This document shows, in pieces, positions 41,170 to 51,890 of a stretch of DNA of 64,000 bases. Source of the DNA: Planctomycetota bacterium. GTDB lineage: Bacteria > Planctomycetota > UBA8108 > SXIK01. The translations under genes were made by a program, and so were the position numbers. The stretch is from positions 3,520,001 to 3,584,000 of the forward strand of contig OZ244999.1 of NCBI GenBank assembly GCA_965223265.1, in the 5' to 3' direction. Position 1 is the first letter of the stretch. Each line of letters begins with the position of its first letter. The notes under the pieces are model-generated. The model was not told where the DNA came from. It was given only the letters and a program-made list of their open reading frames with translations, and did no database searches.

Positions 41170-42072
41170 TCAACGCAGCGCTGCGACGTAGGCGATCCAG
41201 CTCCGCGCGTCGTCCCCCTTGGTGCTCACGCGAAAGACGCCGTTGCCACTCCCCGAATCCTCGTCGGTTCCCTCCCAATAGACGTGAGTCTCACGAAAGC
41301 CGACGTCTTCGAGGAGGTCCAGCACTTCCGGAAGAGTCCAGAGTCGCCAGTCGTAGGTAAACGCGCGTTTCATCCGCTTGGCCTTGGGAAAGTCAAAGTG
41401 AATGTAACACTTCGTCTCGCCCGTGATCGGATTAAAGTGCGCTTGATCCCAAACGTAGTCAAAACCGCTGTCCTGCTCAGTCGTCTCCTCTTGGATGATC
41501 TGGGCTTCCGGTCCGCCATAGAGATCAAGAATGAAGATGCCGTCCTCGAGGAGCGACTCGTACACTTTTTCGAAGTAGCTGCGCAGCTGCCCGCGTTTCT
41601 TAAAGACGAAGTACGAAAAGTTGAGGGCTCCGACAACGTCGGCGCGAAGATCTGTCGCCTCGAGTACGTCGCGCCGTTCAAGCCGAATGCGATGAGCGCC
41701 TGACTTCAGCTGCTGGACGTTGTTCTCGTAACCCCATGCGAGCGTCGGGCCATCCAGGTCAACACCGACCGCAGATCCCTCTTTGACGCGCGTTACCCAC
41801 TCGCAACAGAGCAGCGCAGTGCCGCAGAAATCCTCGCGAAAATGCAGAGGTTCCTTGTTTCGATGTTTACGATAAATCCGCCGAAAGAGTGACACCTCGA
41901 ACGGTGGGTTCTGGACGGACTCCTGATAGAGTTCGAACTTGTCGCGCTCATGTGCCTTCTTCTTTTTCGATTTCTTCTTGCGCCCGCCCTTGGGCGACTT
42001 GTCTTTCTCGGCTTTCTTCTCACCTTTGCTTCGTTTCTCGATGGCTTCCAACGCGCTAGCTCCTCGTAGCAT
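41170..42072 (-). CDS. Class I SAM-dependent methyltransferase
   Basis: LYQESVQ, REDFCGTA, GVDLD, ALNFS, AFTYDWRLW; Lys-rich N-terminus. Confidence 0.85.
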   Translation of the reverse strand: MLRGASALEAIEKRSKGEKKAEKDKSPKGGRKKKSKKKKAHERDKFELYQESVQNPPFEVSLFRRIYRKHRNKEPLHFREDFCGTALLCCEWVTRVKEGSAVGVDLDGPTLAWGYENNVQQLKSGAHRIRLERRDVLEATDLRADVVGALNFSYFVFKKRGQLRSYFEKVYESLLEDGIFILDLYGGPEAQIIQEETTEQDSGFDYVWDQAHFNPITGETKCYIHFDFPKAKRMKRAFTYDWRLWTLPEVLDLLEDVGFRETHVYWEGTDEDSGSGNGVFRVSTKGDDARSWIAYVAALR

Positions 42073-42108
42073 CTATACGTTTCGTGGTTCCAAGATCGTT
42101 CATGTCTC

Positions 42109-44103
42109 TCACCGTCGAGTCGGAAAATTCCTGAGCTCGACGTCTTCAATATCACCCGCCGGCGCGAAGCCGAAAACACGCGCATAAAACGAGAGTTCGG
42201 CTTCAGTGGCACGTTTCACGGTGCTCGCTTGTCGAAATCCGTGTTGTTCCCCCTCGAACGCGATGTACGCGTAGGGGAGTCGATTCGCTTCAAGGGCCTT
42301 CACCATCACCTCGGCCTGTGATGGCGGCACAACCTTGTCCTCGAGCCCCTGGAGAAGGATGACGGGGCAAGAGAGCTGGTCAGCCGAGCGGATCGGAGAA
42401 CGCGATTCGTAGATCTCTTTGGTCTCAGGATACGGCCCAATCAAACCATCGAGATACCTCGACTCGAACTTGTGAGTGTCCGCGGCGAGCGAGGTCAAGT
42501 CGGCGACACCGAAGTAGCTGGCGCCGGCGGCGAAGACGTCGTGAAACACGAGCGCGCACAGGGTCGTGTAACCGCCGGCGCTTCCGCCCCTAATGGCCAG
42601 ACGATCGGCGTCGGCAAGACCTTGATCGACTAGATACTTCGCTGCTTGAATGCAGTCTTCGGTGTCGACGATTCCCCAGGCACCCTTCAATCGCTCGCGG
42701 TAGGCGCGACCATAGCCGGTACTGCCGCTATAGTTCACGTCCACGACCGCGAAACCGCGGCTCGTCCAATACTGCACCTTCATCGACAGCTCCAACGAGG
42801 TACTCCCAGTCGGGCCGCCGTGCGACATGACAACGAGCGGAGGTTTCTCCGTTTCCGGCGCATAGTAATCGCCATTCTGCGGCGGATAATAAATGGCATG
42901 AGCCGTGCGATTCTGTGTCGTCGGAAACTCGATGGGTCGACCGTGCGACACAAAACGCGCGTCGAGCTCAAGATCGATCGAACGGCGAATGACGTCGATC
43001 CGTTCCGTTCGCGCGGCGCCGCCCGACACACCCATCTCCACAACCGCGGCCGGCGACTCCGGCGAACTCGCGATGAAGACGACGCGATCCCCAGCCGCAC
43101 GCACCTCATAGGCGTGGTAGGCGGTGTAGGGAAGGTCGAACTCTTGCAATTGGTCTGCGTCCGGCTCGAGGAGCGCCAACCGATCGATCCCCCCCTGGGA
43201 ATAGGAGCAGACCATGCGGCCGCCGTTGAGAAGCGCGTAGCGACTCATGCCAAAGACCCACTGCGGCGCTCCGAATTCCGCTTCCATAGGGCAAAGAGGC
43301 TTTACGTTACCGTCACAGTGGCGATAGAGGTTCCACCAACCGGTACGATCGGAAACAAAGTAAAGGTCGCCGTCAGGATTCCACTCGGGTTGAAAGACTG
43401 ACTCGCCTTCACCGCCGGCAACGCGGTAGGCATCGCCGATCGCGGCGTCGTGCGAAAGATCGGCAACCCACAGCTCCGTCGCGTCCCACGGCATGTTCGG
43501 GTGATTCCACGATAGCCAGGCGAGGCGCTTGCCATCCGGACTGACACGTGGATTGGAGTAAAAGTCAGCGCCAGTGACAAGTTCGAGCGGCGAGTCCTGA
43601 GCGGCTTCACGACTCGTGCCAAGGCGGGCGACCGAGTTCGTCACCACGCCGCGTTCAGAGTGTGTTTCGAGGACGCAATAGAGCCAAGCACCCGAAGGAT
43701 CGAGACTCATGTCCGCGAACCGCAACGCGCACGGCGAATCTGGCGTTGGGGAGATGGGATAGGGAGGCTCGGCAATACCGCCATCGTTTATGTCGCAGCG
43801 GTAGAGTCGCTGATCCGAAAAATGGACAAAGAAAATGCGCTCTCCGTCGATCGCCACGGCGCCGCCCCCGTACTCGTGAACTCGAGTACGGACATTGAAC
43901 GTCGAAGGCAAAACTTCCACGACGTCGCCACTCGGGGTCTGCCGCATGAGCACGGCTCGGCCAGCTTCGCGAGGCCGGCCCTCCACCCAAAACGTCCCCG
44001 CGCTCGAAAGACGAATGTGGCTGAGGGAGACCCCTGTCGACGACAAGAGCGAGGCTGTAATAGGAGAGGCCCACGATCCGTAGGCCGCTTCGACGGGTGC
44101 CAA
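42109..44103 (-). CDS. S9 family prolyl oligopeptidase/acylaminoacyl peptidase
   Basis: YGSWASPI, HGGPT, GGSAGG nucleophile, DKVVP, EQHGF. Confidence 0.95.
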   Translation of the reverse strand: MAPVEAAYGSWASPITASLLSSTGVSLSHIRLSSAGTFWVEGRPREAGRAVLMRQTPSGDVVEVLPSTFNVRTRVHEYGGGAVAIDGERIFFVHFSDQRLYRCDINDGGIAEPPYPISPTPDSPCALRFADMSLDPSGAWLYCVLETHSERGVVTNSVARLGTSREAAQDSPLELVTGADFYSNPRVSPDGKRLAWLSWNHPNMPWDATELWVADLSHDAAIGDAYRVAGGEGESVFQPEWNPDGDLYFVSDRTGWWNLYRHCDGNVKPLCPMEAEFGAPQWVFGMSRYALLNGGRMVCSYSQGGIDRLALLEPDADQLQEFDLPYTAYHAYEVRAAGDRVVFIASSPESPAAVVEMGVSGGAARTERIDVIRRSIDLELDARFVSHGRPIEFPTTQNRTAHAIYYPPQNGDYYAPETEKPPLVVMSHGGPTGSTSLELSMKVQYWTSRGFAVVDVNYSGSTGYGRAYRERLKGAWGIVDTEDCIQAAKYLVDQGLADADRLAIRGGSAGGYTTLCALVFHDVFAAGASYFGVADLTSLAADTHKFESRYLDGLIGPYPETKEIYESRSPIRSADQLSCPVILLQGLEDKVVPPSQAEVMVKALEANRLPYAYIAFEGEQHGFRQASTVKRATEAELSFYARVFGFAPAGDIEDVELRNFPTRR

Positions 44104-44185
44104 GGGCGGTCGATTCCTTTCACTTCAGATTCATCGGTTAGGAGAGCGAGAGAGTAATTGAACAAACCCATGTCTCTTTCGCAAG

Positions 44186-44845
44186 ATGCTTCCGCCACTC
44201 TTCATCGCCGTCAGCGATGCGTCGTCCTCAAAGGACGCGCGCGATGAGAGATTGCGGGAGTCGAAAAGAACGCCACACGGCAGCGAGTCGAATGGACGCA
44301 CCTTCGCGAGCGAAAAACAAGTGAAAGACCATCAGCCGCAGCGGCTTTCCGATGTTCGACCCAGGAGCCTGGTTGATTCGCTATGGCGACTCGCACTCTG
44401 GTGTGCCTGGCGGGCGTTCCTTGGCTACGCGTTCTTCGCGCGTCCCCGGGTCAACGGCGCGTATGTTGCGGTATGGCTCGGGAGCGACATACTCCTGATT
44501 CGAAACTCCTACCGTGGCGGCCTTAGTTTCCCAGCCGGCAACCTCAGGAAAGGCGAGCAAGCGCGCGATGCAGCCGTCCGCGAACTCAAAGAAGAAGTCG
44601 GGATCGACGTCGCCCCGGGGGAGCTCCAGGAGATCGAACGCTTTCGGTTAAACCATAGCTTCCTGCGTGATCACGTCACAATCTTCGAGCTGCGCTGCGA
44701 CGAAACACCGGCGGTCCGGGTTGACGGCCGCGAGGTCGTAGCGGCGAGGTTCGTAGACGCCGCGGCCGCGCTCTCCGAGCAGTTGGCACCCGTTTGTCGC
44801 GAGTATTTGAATCGCCACCGAGATCGACAGGGGCACAATTGCTGA
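44186..44845 (+). CDS. NUDIX hydrolase (start uncertain)
   Basis: Nudix box GNLRKGEQARDAAVRELKEEVG. Confidence 0.85.
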   Translation: MLPPLFIAVSDASSSKDARDERLRESKRTPHGSESNGRTFASEKQVKDHQPQRLSDVRPRSLVDSLWRLALWCAWRAFLGYAFFARPRVNGAYVAVWLGSDILLIRNSYRGGLSFPAGNLRKGEQARDAAVRELKEEVGIDVAPGELQEIERFRLNHSFLRDHVTIFELRCDETPAVRVDGREVVAARFVDAAAALSEQLAPVCREYLNRHRDRQGHNC

Positions 44846-45021
44846 ACAGCGTCGCCACCTGCGGCCGGGGAGTCGCCCGAGTCGTGTCTTCGTTGACTAC
44901 GACTCGGCAGGGGTTCGATGTATAGTGGACCGTGATCACTTGTGCAGCACCGGGCGCCTCGTCCCTTCGGCGAGCTCATACGGCCGTGCTTCAACCACTA
45001 CGACCGCTGCGAGAACCAGCC

Positions 45022-46362
45022 ATGATGTTTCGAATTCTGCTACTCACTGTTGGCTGTAGCGTTTCTGCCCAGACGCTCGGCGATGACTGGCCACAATGGC
45101 GCGGCTCGCACCGCGACGGCGTCTGGCGCGAAAGCGGCATCGTGAAAACGCTGCCGAAAGAGCTCAAGTACAAATGGCGCACACCGATCGGCGCTGGATT
45201 CACAGGACCAGCGGTGTGGCGTCGGCGGGTTTTTGTCACCGACTTCGTCCGTCAGGGTGCTGAGCCCGGTGACGATGTCACCAACAACCGCGGCAAGGAT
45301 GGACAGGAGCGAGTCATTTGTCTCGACGCCCAGTCAGGGAGTGTGGAGTGGACCTATGACTATCCTTGCCGCTACGAAGTCGACTACGCAAGCGGACCTC
45401 GAGCGACACCCACAGTGCACGAAGGAAACGTTTATTCGGTCGGCGCCATGGGTGATTTCGTCTGCCTCGACGTACTCAGCGGGGAAAAACGTTGGGGATT
45501 CAACTTCGTCAAGGACTACGGCACCAAAATCAACGCCTGGGGGATGGCGGCGGCGCCTTTGATCGACGGCGACCAGGTTGTGCTTCTCGTTGGCGGCGCG
45601 AAGGATGCGCTTGTCGTCGCACGTCACAAACTGACCGGCGAAGAACTGTGGAAATCGGCCTACGAAGAGGATCCCGGCTACGCACCTCCTGTCATTGTCG
45701 AGGCGGGTGGGACGCGCCAACTCATCGTTTGGACGCCGCTAGCGATTCGTTCTCTTGACCCCTCATGCGGCAGAGTCCTTTGGAAGCATGAATTCAAGTC
45801 GAATGCGAGCCTGTCGCTCATGACACCGATTCATGTACGCGACAAGCGGCAACTGTTCGTCTCGTCGTTCTACAACGGTCCGCTCATGCTGTCGCTCAAT
45901 GCGGATCGCCCCGCCGCAGAGGTCCAGTGGCGCGGTACCAGCGACAGCGAGATCAAGACGGACAAGCTGCATTCGCTCATGTGCACCCCGGTCATCCGCG
46001 ATGGCCACATCTACGGCGTCTGCAGCTACGGTCAACTGCGATGCATCGACGCCGCGACCGGCGAACGTCGATGGGAGACGCTGGAGGCGACAGGGAGCGG
46101 GCGCTGGTGGAACGCGTTTCTCATTCCGCACGAAGACCGCTTCTTTATCTGCAACGAGCAGGGCGAGCTGATCATCGCGCGCCTCACTCCGCAAGGTTAC
46201 GAGGAGCTCAGTCGAGCGTTTCTCATCAAGCCGACCCAGACCATCAAGCGTCGGAAGATTGTCTGGTCACACCCAGCTTTCGCCAATCGCTGCGTCTTCG
46301 CCCGCAACGATCAAGAGATCGTCTGTGTCGACCTGACCGACCTGAGTCGCGCATCACGATAG
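45022..46362 (+). CDS. PQQ-binding-like beta-propeller protein
   Basis: DDWPQWRG, GPRATP, WSHPAFANR. Confidence 0.9.
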   Translation: MMFRILLLTVGCSVSAQTLGDDWPQWRGSHRDGVWRESGIVKTLPKELKYKWRTPIGAGFTGPAVWRRRVFVTDFVRQGAEPGDDVTNNRGKDGQERVICLDAQSGSVEWTYDYPCRYEVDYASGPRATPTVHEGNVYSVGAMGDFVCLDVLSGEKRWGFNFVKDYGTKINAWGMAAAPLIDGDQVVLLVGGAKDALVVARHKLTGEELWKSAYEEDPGYAPPVIVEAGGTRQLIVWTPLAIRSLDPSCGRVLWKHEFKSNASLSLMTPIHVRDKRQLFVSSFYNGPLMLSLNADRPAAEVQWRGTSDSEIKTDKLHSLMCTPVIRDGHIYGVCSYGQLRCIDAATGERRWETLEATGSGRWWNAFLIPHEDRFFICNEQGELIIARLTPQGYEELSRAFLIKPTQTIKRRKIVWSHPAFANRCVFARNDQEIVCVDLTDLSRASR

Positions 46363-46406
46363 AGAAGAACAACTCAAAAGTTGGGACGCACAACTGGAGC
46401 TGGCGG

Positions 46407-46811
46407 ATGCACGAGCTGCACCACTGCGGAGTGAAATTCACAGTCACTTACCGTCGCCACGGCGGCGACGAGGGTCCTTCGATCCGTGTCCTGGCTGATG
46501 TTCCTGGCCAAAGTCATGGCGGCCTAACTCAGCTGCTCAGGTTCGACTGCTTCATCAAAGATCCACACTACCACTACGACCCCGACGGCTCGAACATCAT
46601 GTTCCATCTCGACCCGCTGACGATGGGAGATGCCCTGAAGTTCAGCCTCGAGAGTATCCAGCAGCATCTCGGAGCAATGATTGCCAAGGCCGGCTTTGAA
46701 ACGGTCGACGTCAAGGGTTCTGAAGACGACGCTGTCGAGCTGGTCGCCGCGCTACGTGAAGCTGTCGCCAGCGAACAGGCAGACGCGTCGCGGCCCGGCA
46801 CAAGCCAGTGA
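46407..46811 (+). CDS. Hypothetical protein with RFDCF..PHYHY motif
   Basis: GGAG RBS; fills the gap between co-oriented genes. Confidence 0.7.
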   Translation: MHELHHCGVKFTVTYRRHGGDEGPSIRVLADVPGQSHGGLTQLLRFDCFIKDPHYHYDPDGSNIMFHLDPLTMGDALKFSLESIQQHLGAMIAKAGFETVDVKGSEDDAVELVAALREAVASEQADASRPGTSQ

Positions 46812-46881
46812 AGATATGACTCGTAGAGAGCGGAGCCGGATCCGAGCTTCAGCCGAGCCCGTCGACTGAGGACTTAGATCG

Positions 46882-48390
46882 GTGCCGAAAGACCAGCTGA
46901 CCGTCACCTTCAACGAACCGGCACTAAGCGATGGCCGGACCGACCAGGAGCTTCACGAGTTCTTTCGTCGTCGCCTTGGGAAGTTCAGCTTTTTTCTCGG
47001 CGCCGCGCTGCTCGTCTTCATGATCCTTGTGACCGTGGTTGCCCTGGTGACCGGCGATCTTCAGGTCCCAATGATCGCCATTGCACTCACGATCCCGGCG
47101 ATCTACGGCACGGTGTGGTTGGCGGCGGGTCAGCCTCTCCCAATCGCGATCCTGAAGATCCTCGACGGCGGCAGTGCCGTATTCGCCACGGCGGCGCTGT
47201 TGTTGATCGCCTACACCAAAGGGGATTTTCAGATCGCCTTTGCTCCCACTTGCAATTTGCTCACTCTAAGGGCTGTCTTCGTGCCGAGTCGCGCCCGCGA
47301 GACGCTACTGGTGGACGTTTTGGCGTTCGCGCCAGTCATCGTCATGGCGATTCTGCTGCGCCGCCAGTTCCTTGCTGGCGCCGACGTTTCTGTTCCACCG
47401 AGTTACGTTGTTTTTGCAGCGAGCACTGCGCTCTGGCTCGCGATTCCAGTAGTCGTCTCACGCGTGATCTACGGACTGCGTCAAGAAATCCGTGATGCTA
47501 AGAAACTTGGACAATACACACTGCTTGAAAAAATCGGCGCGGGAGGAATGGGGGAGGTCTACAAAGCGCGTCACGCTCTCCTGTCGCGATTGACGGCGGT
47601 GAAACTGATCCATCCAGACCGAGCCGATGAGCAACACAGGGTGCGCTTCGAGCGAGAGGTCGAAGCCACGAGCAAGCTCACACATCCCAACACCGTGTCC
47701 ATTTACGACTACGGGCACACTTCCGAGCAGGTTTTCTACTACGTGATGGAATTTCTGCCGGGAATCTCGCTGGCGGAACTAGTGCAAGACGATGGTCCCC
47801 AGCCGCCGGCGCGGGTCATTCATCTCCTTAGGCAAGTGTGCGGCTCGCTGCATGAGGCACACGCCGTCGGCATCATTCATCGCGACATCAAACCCGAGAA
47901 TCTGATCCTTTGCGAGCGTGGCAGGGTGTATGACGTCGTCAAGGTGGTCGATTTCGGTATCGCCAAAGACCTGAGCGCGAAGGCCGTATCGGTGACGCAG
48001 GAAAATGCCGTCGTCGGCACCCCGCACTATCTGTCGCCGGAGGCGTTCACGTCGAACAATGAAGTGGGAACGGCGAGCGACATCTATTCGGTCGGTGTTG
48101 TTGGCTACTATCTGCTCACAGCGAAGCGTCCATTTACGGGTAAAAACGTCATCGAGATTGCAATGAGCCAGATGAATTCGTCACCAGTTCGCCTGACGGA
48201 GGCCAGAGGTGAGCCGGTTGCGGATGACCTTGAAACGGCCGTCTTCTCGTGTCTCGCTAGGGACGCGACTGCACGCCCCACGGCTCGCGAGCTTGACATC
48301 GCGCTGCAGAAATGTGGCGCCGCGGGGGATTGGTCGCAGGCGGACGCGGAGTCGTGGTGGAGCCGCCGCAGTCGAGCGAGCCAGAGCTGA
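46882..48390 (+). CDS. Ser/Thr protein kinase with N-terminal multi-TM region
   Basis: GAGGMGEVY, AVK, HRDIKPEN, DFG, GTPHYLSPE, DIYSVG. Confidence 0.95.
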   Translation: MPKDQLTVTFNEPALSDGRTDQELHEFFRRRLGKFSFFLGAALLVFMILVTVVALVTGDLQVPMIAIALTIPAIYGTVWLAAGQPLPIAILKILDGGSAVFATAALLLIAYTKGDFQIAFAPTCNLLTLRAVFVPSRARETLLVDVLAFAPVIVMAILLRRQFLAGADVSVPPSYVVFAASTALWLAIPVVVSRVIYGLRQEIRDAKKLGQYTLLEKIGAGGMGEVYKARHALLSRLTAVKLIHPDRADEQHRVRFEREVEATSKLTHPNTVSIYDYGHTSEQVFYYVMEFLPGISLAELVQDDGPQPPARVIHLLRQVCGSLHEAHAVGIIHRDIKPENLILCERGRVYDVVKVVDFGIAKDLSAKAVSVTQENAVVGTPHYLSPEAFTSNNEVGTASDIYSVGVVGYYLLTAKRPFTGKNVIEIAMSQMNSSPVRLTEARGEPVADDLETAVFSCLARDATARPTARELDIALQKCGAAGDWSQADAESWWSRRSRASQS

Positions 48391-48421
48391 TCCGAATGCG
48401 GGTCAAACCGGCTGTTCCCGG

Positions 48422-49204
48422 TTACAAGCCAGGCCGACGCAAAAGCGTCTCCGCTTGCTGCCGCCACGCTACAGCAGCTGACTCCTCGCCCGGTGGTGGG
48501 GGCAATCGCATGACCTCACGCAAATGCTCCCGCGCTGCTTCGATTTGATCGTCCTCGATCAATGCCTGGGCGAGCAACAAGTGATTGCGCGGGTAGTTCG
48601 GAGCCAGGTCGCACGCGCGACGTAGATGGCGCAGCGCATCGTCGAGCGTGCCAATGTGAACGCCGGGTTGACCCTCTGTGCTTTCGTACAGCATGCCCAG
48701 AAACCGGTGCGGCGCCGCATAGTCAAAGCTCTCGTCAAGCTCGATGCAGCGTTTCAAAAGTAGGTGCATCTCGTCGACATGCCCTGGCGAAGAGTAAAGT
48801 TGGCTCAGAATGCCAAGATTGAGTGCCAGAAAATAGGCTCCCTCCACACCATCGGGATTCTCACGCACCGCTTCACGTCCAGTCGCCACACCTTTCTGCG
48901 CATACGCCGTCCGGTGATCCTCGTGGGCGTATTGCGCCAACCACGCGCAGCTGCGACTGGCGCGCCAGAGCACATCGTCAACTGTGCTCGGCCCAAGCGA
49001 CCCGAGACAAATCGTCAGCGATTGCGACACGCGCGTCACGGTTCGCGGTGGCCCGTAGTGCGAGTCGATCATGACGATCCGCTGCGCAGCTTCGTCGTCG
49101 GTCAGGCGAACGGCGTTGTACCGAAACGGACGCACCTCAGGGGTACGGCAACCAACGAGGAGCACCTGCGCGCTGAGGAGAGCAGCAATGACAACTCGAC
49201 ACAT
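48422..49204 (-). CDS. TPR-containing lipoprotein (TatT-like helical)
   Basis: LLVGC lipobox, FDYAAPHRFLG, LAPNYPRNHLLLAQAL; start uncertain. Confidence 0.7.
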   Translation of the reverse strand: MCRVVIAALLSAQVLLVGCRTPEVRPFRYNAVRLTDDEAAQRIVMIDSHYGPPRTVTRVSQSLTICLGSLGPSTVDDVLWRASRSCAWLAQYAHEDHRTAYAQKGVATGREAVRENPDGVEGAYFLALNLGILSQLYSSPGHVDEMHLLLKRCIELDESFDYAAPHRFLGMLYESTEGQPGVHIGTLDDALRHLRRACDLAPNYPRNHLLLAQALIEDDQIEAAREHLREVMRLPPPPGEESAAVAWRQQAETLLRRPGL

Positions 49205-49503
49205 ACATCTACCGTAGAACGAGGCACCAAGAAAGGCAAGCCGTGCTTGCGCGAGCTTCAACGCTCTTCAACGCTCGGTGCACGGCTCCGCTAAGATGAC
49301 CGCGCAACCAGCGCGGCTAGCCTCGAGTTCAAGGAAGCCGCTTCGCGGCAGGCCCGGTTCGTTCAGGCGTTCTGGGTGACGATCGCCGGCCGCCTCGGGC
49401 CACCGGTGTGCTCGCTCTGCGGCCCGTTCGATGAGGCGTAAAGGCGTCGAGGCGTCGATGATGCTCTTTCTGCAGAAAGCAACCTCTCAGAAAGGAGCAC
49501 GCT

Positions 49504-50412
49504 ATGACGCCTCTTCGCCAAAAGTTTCTCCAGGATCTGGAACTTGCCGGTCTCGCCGACGGTACCTGCAGGGTCTACGTTTGGGCCGTCGGGCAGCTGG
49601 CGAAACACTATCACAAGTCTCCCGATACGCTCTCGGAAACTCAAGTCCGCGACTATCTTTTCCACCTCAGGCACGAGCGTCAGTTCGCTATCGGGTCCTT
49701 GAAAATCGCCTACAGCGCTTTGAGATTTTTCTTCAGACGCACGGTGCCGCGCGACTGGAAGACGCTGGAGGATTTGCGAACGCCGAAGGAATCCAAGCTG
49801 CCAGACGTCCTCAGCGTCGAAGAGGTTCACGAGATCATCGCGGCGACCTGCAGCCAGCAGTGGCGCACCTGCTTCTGGATGATCTACTCCCTTGGCCTGA
49901 GGATCTCTGAGGGCATCTCGCTCGAAGTGGGAGATGTCGACGCGGCACGCTCTTTCGTGCACGTTCGTGGCGGCAAGGGTGCCGCTGACCGCTATGTGCC
50001 GCTTCCCCCCGATACTCTCGAAGCGCTGCGCCGCTACTGGAAGACGCATCGCAACCCGCGACTTCTTTTCCCCGCCCGCGGCCGCGGGGACAAGCAGGGA
50101 CGATCGGCCACGCAGCCCGTGTCGAGGAAGACAGCTCAGGCAGCGTTGCGTCGCGTCGCCACGCAGCTTGGCATCAAGAAACGCGTTTCGCCCCACACTC
50201 TGCGCCACAGCTATGCGACACACTTACTCGAGGCTGGTGTCAACCTCCGTGTTATCCAGAAGTACCTCGGCCACAGGTCGCTCAAGGCTACGTCGATCTA
50301 CCTGCACCTTACACGTGATGGCGAAGAGCAGGCCCACGCGACGATCAACGCGCTCATGGTACGCCCTCGCTCAGAGGAGGGCAAAGCGGCGAGGACGAAC
50401 GCCGGCCAATAG
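49504..50412 (+). CDS. Tyrosine recombinase/integrase
   Basis: GLRISE (R), GKG (K), HTLRHSYATH, LGH, TSIY; AGAAAGGAG RBS. Confidence 0.95.
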   Translation: MTPLRQKFLQDLELAGLADGTCRVYVWAVGQLAKHYHKSPDTLSETQVRDYLFHLRHERQFAIGSLKIAYSALRFFFRRTVPRDWKTLEDLRTPKESKLPDVLSVEEVHEIIAATCSQQWRTCFWMIYSLGLRISEGISLEVGDVDAARSFVHVRGGKGAADRYVPLPPDTLEALRRYWKTHRNPRLLFPARGRGDKQGRSATQPVSRKTAQAALRRVATQLGIKKRVSPHTLRHSYATHLLEAGVNLRVIQKYLGHRSLKATSIYLHLTRDGEEQAHATINALMVRPRSEEGKAARTNAGQ

Positions 50413-50418
50413 CGCACC

Positions 50419-51550
50419 GTGGCGTCGCTTGCGGAGATTTTCACGCGCTATGGCGAGGAGTATCTGGAGTGTCACGGTTCCAGCGTGCCTCTGCAGCACC
50501 GTCGTGTCCTGGCGCTGCTGAGCGCCTGTGGCACTGGCGATCTGGGTTACGTGCGCTGGCGCTGCGAGAGCTGCGCTCGCTCTCACCGGACGCCCCGCTC
50601 GTGCGGCAACCGCCATTGTCCGGGCTGTCAGTCCTCCAAGAACGTGCGCTGGCTCGCCGAGCAATTACAGCATCGACTCGAGGTGCCCTACTTTCTCCTT
50701 ACATTCACTCTGCCCGCAACGCTACGACCCTTCGTGCGCTCGCAGCAGCGTGCCTGCTACCGGGCGCTCTTTCGCGCCGCCGCTGAATCGCTTCAGAAGC
50801 TCGCACGCGATCCACGCTTTCTCGGTGCGGCGCGCCTTTGGCTTCACCGCGGTTCTGCACACTTGGGGACGGGCGTTGGCATATCACCCGCACCTGCACG
50901 TGTTGGTGCCGGCCGGCGGCTTGAGCGACGATGGTGCGAGCTGGATCACCTCGCGCCCCGACTTTCTCGTGCCGGTCAAGGCGCTGTCGAAGATCTTTCG
51001 CGCCAAATTCCGCCACGAGCTGCAGCGGGCTGGTCTTCTCAAGGACATTGCGCCTGCGGTGTGGACAGAGAACTTCGTCACCGACTCGCGCGCCGTCGGT
51101 GACGGCGAGTCGACACTCACGTATCTATCACGCTACGTCTTTCGCGTAGCGATCTCCAATGCCCGCATCGTCTCCTGCGACGATGGTCGCGTTCGCTTTC
51201 GCTGGAAGAAGTCGGGCAGTCGGCGGTGGCGGACCATGGAGCTCGATGCTCTGGAGTTCATCCGCCGCTTCCTCCAGCACGTCCTACCTCGGGGGCTACA
51301 GAAGGTGCGTCACTACGGATTCCTCAGTCCGCAAAGCGCCGTCTCCCTCCACGAGGTGCGAGTCTTTGTCGCTAGAGTGAACCCTCCCGCCGACGGCGCA
51401 CAGATTCATTCCGATGCGAACGGAGCCAGGGCGGCGCCGTCGACGACGACGGACAGTCCCACCGAACACCCCTTCTGCTCGTGCTGCGGGGGCCGGCTAC
51501 ATGTCATTGCGATCGTCTTTCATCGCGTCGGTTTCCGCGACTCCCGGTAG
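50419..51550 (+). CDS. IS91-family transposase, frameshift at TTT 50837-50839
   Basis: Zn-binding SCGNRHCPGC, LHTWG..HPHLH (HUH), YLSRY (Y2), VRHYGFL. Removing one T joins ORFs 50419 and 50528 (GAARLGFTAVLH). Confidence 0.9.
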
Positions 51551-51890
51551 AAAGACACCGTGAACACTCTCCCACCGAACGACCCATTGCGCCCGAAAAC
51601 CCGCCATGCCAACGGCGGGGCGCCCCCGGTCTGCTCCCACAGTGAACAGCGCGACTGCCAACGCGAGATTCGGTGCGCTCAGCACGTCGCAGACACCGTT
51701 CACGCGGTTGATTCCGCTCCTGGGGCTCCCTCGCGTGAGCCTTATCGCCGCTGCCTCTCCCTCTGACCTCCCCGTCAAATCGAAGCGTTTCCCATCACGT
51801 CCGACGGTCGCTCCTGCGGCCAACGAGGAGCCGCGAGGCTCCTTGAACTCAGGATTTGGACTCGGCTTCGCTCGCCCAAATCCTCATCCA

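Larger units (their letters stand above)
49321..51890 (+). mobile_element. Tyrosine recombinase + IS91-family (Y2 HUH) transposable element, ~2.57 kb
   Basis: Left end fixed by the second copy. Sub-terminal inverted repeat 51830-51853 and hairpin 51851-51884. Joining the flanks restores the TIR of the neighbouring MITE. Confidence 0.85.

Noticed and set aside
49363-50223. 286 aa antisense ORF (and its copy 71-382)
   Set aside because: Shadow of the tyrosine recombinase in GC-rich DNA; no motifs.
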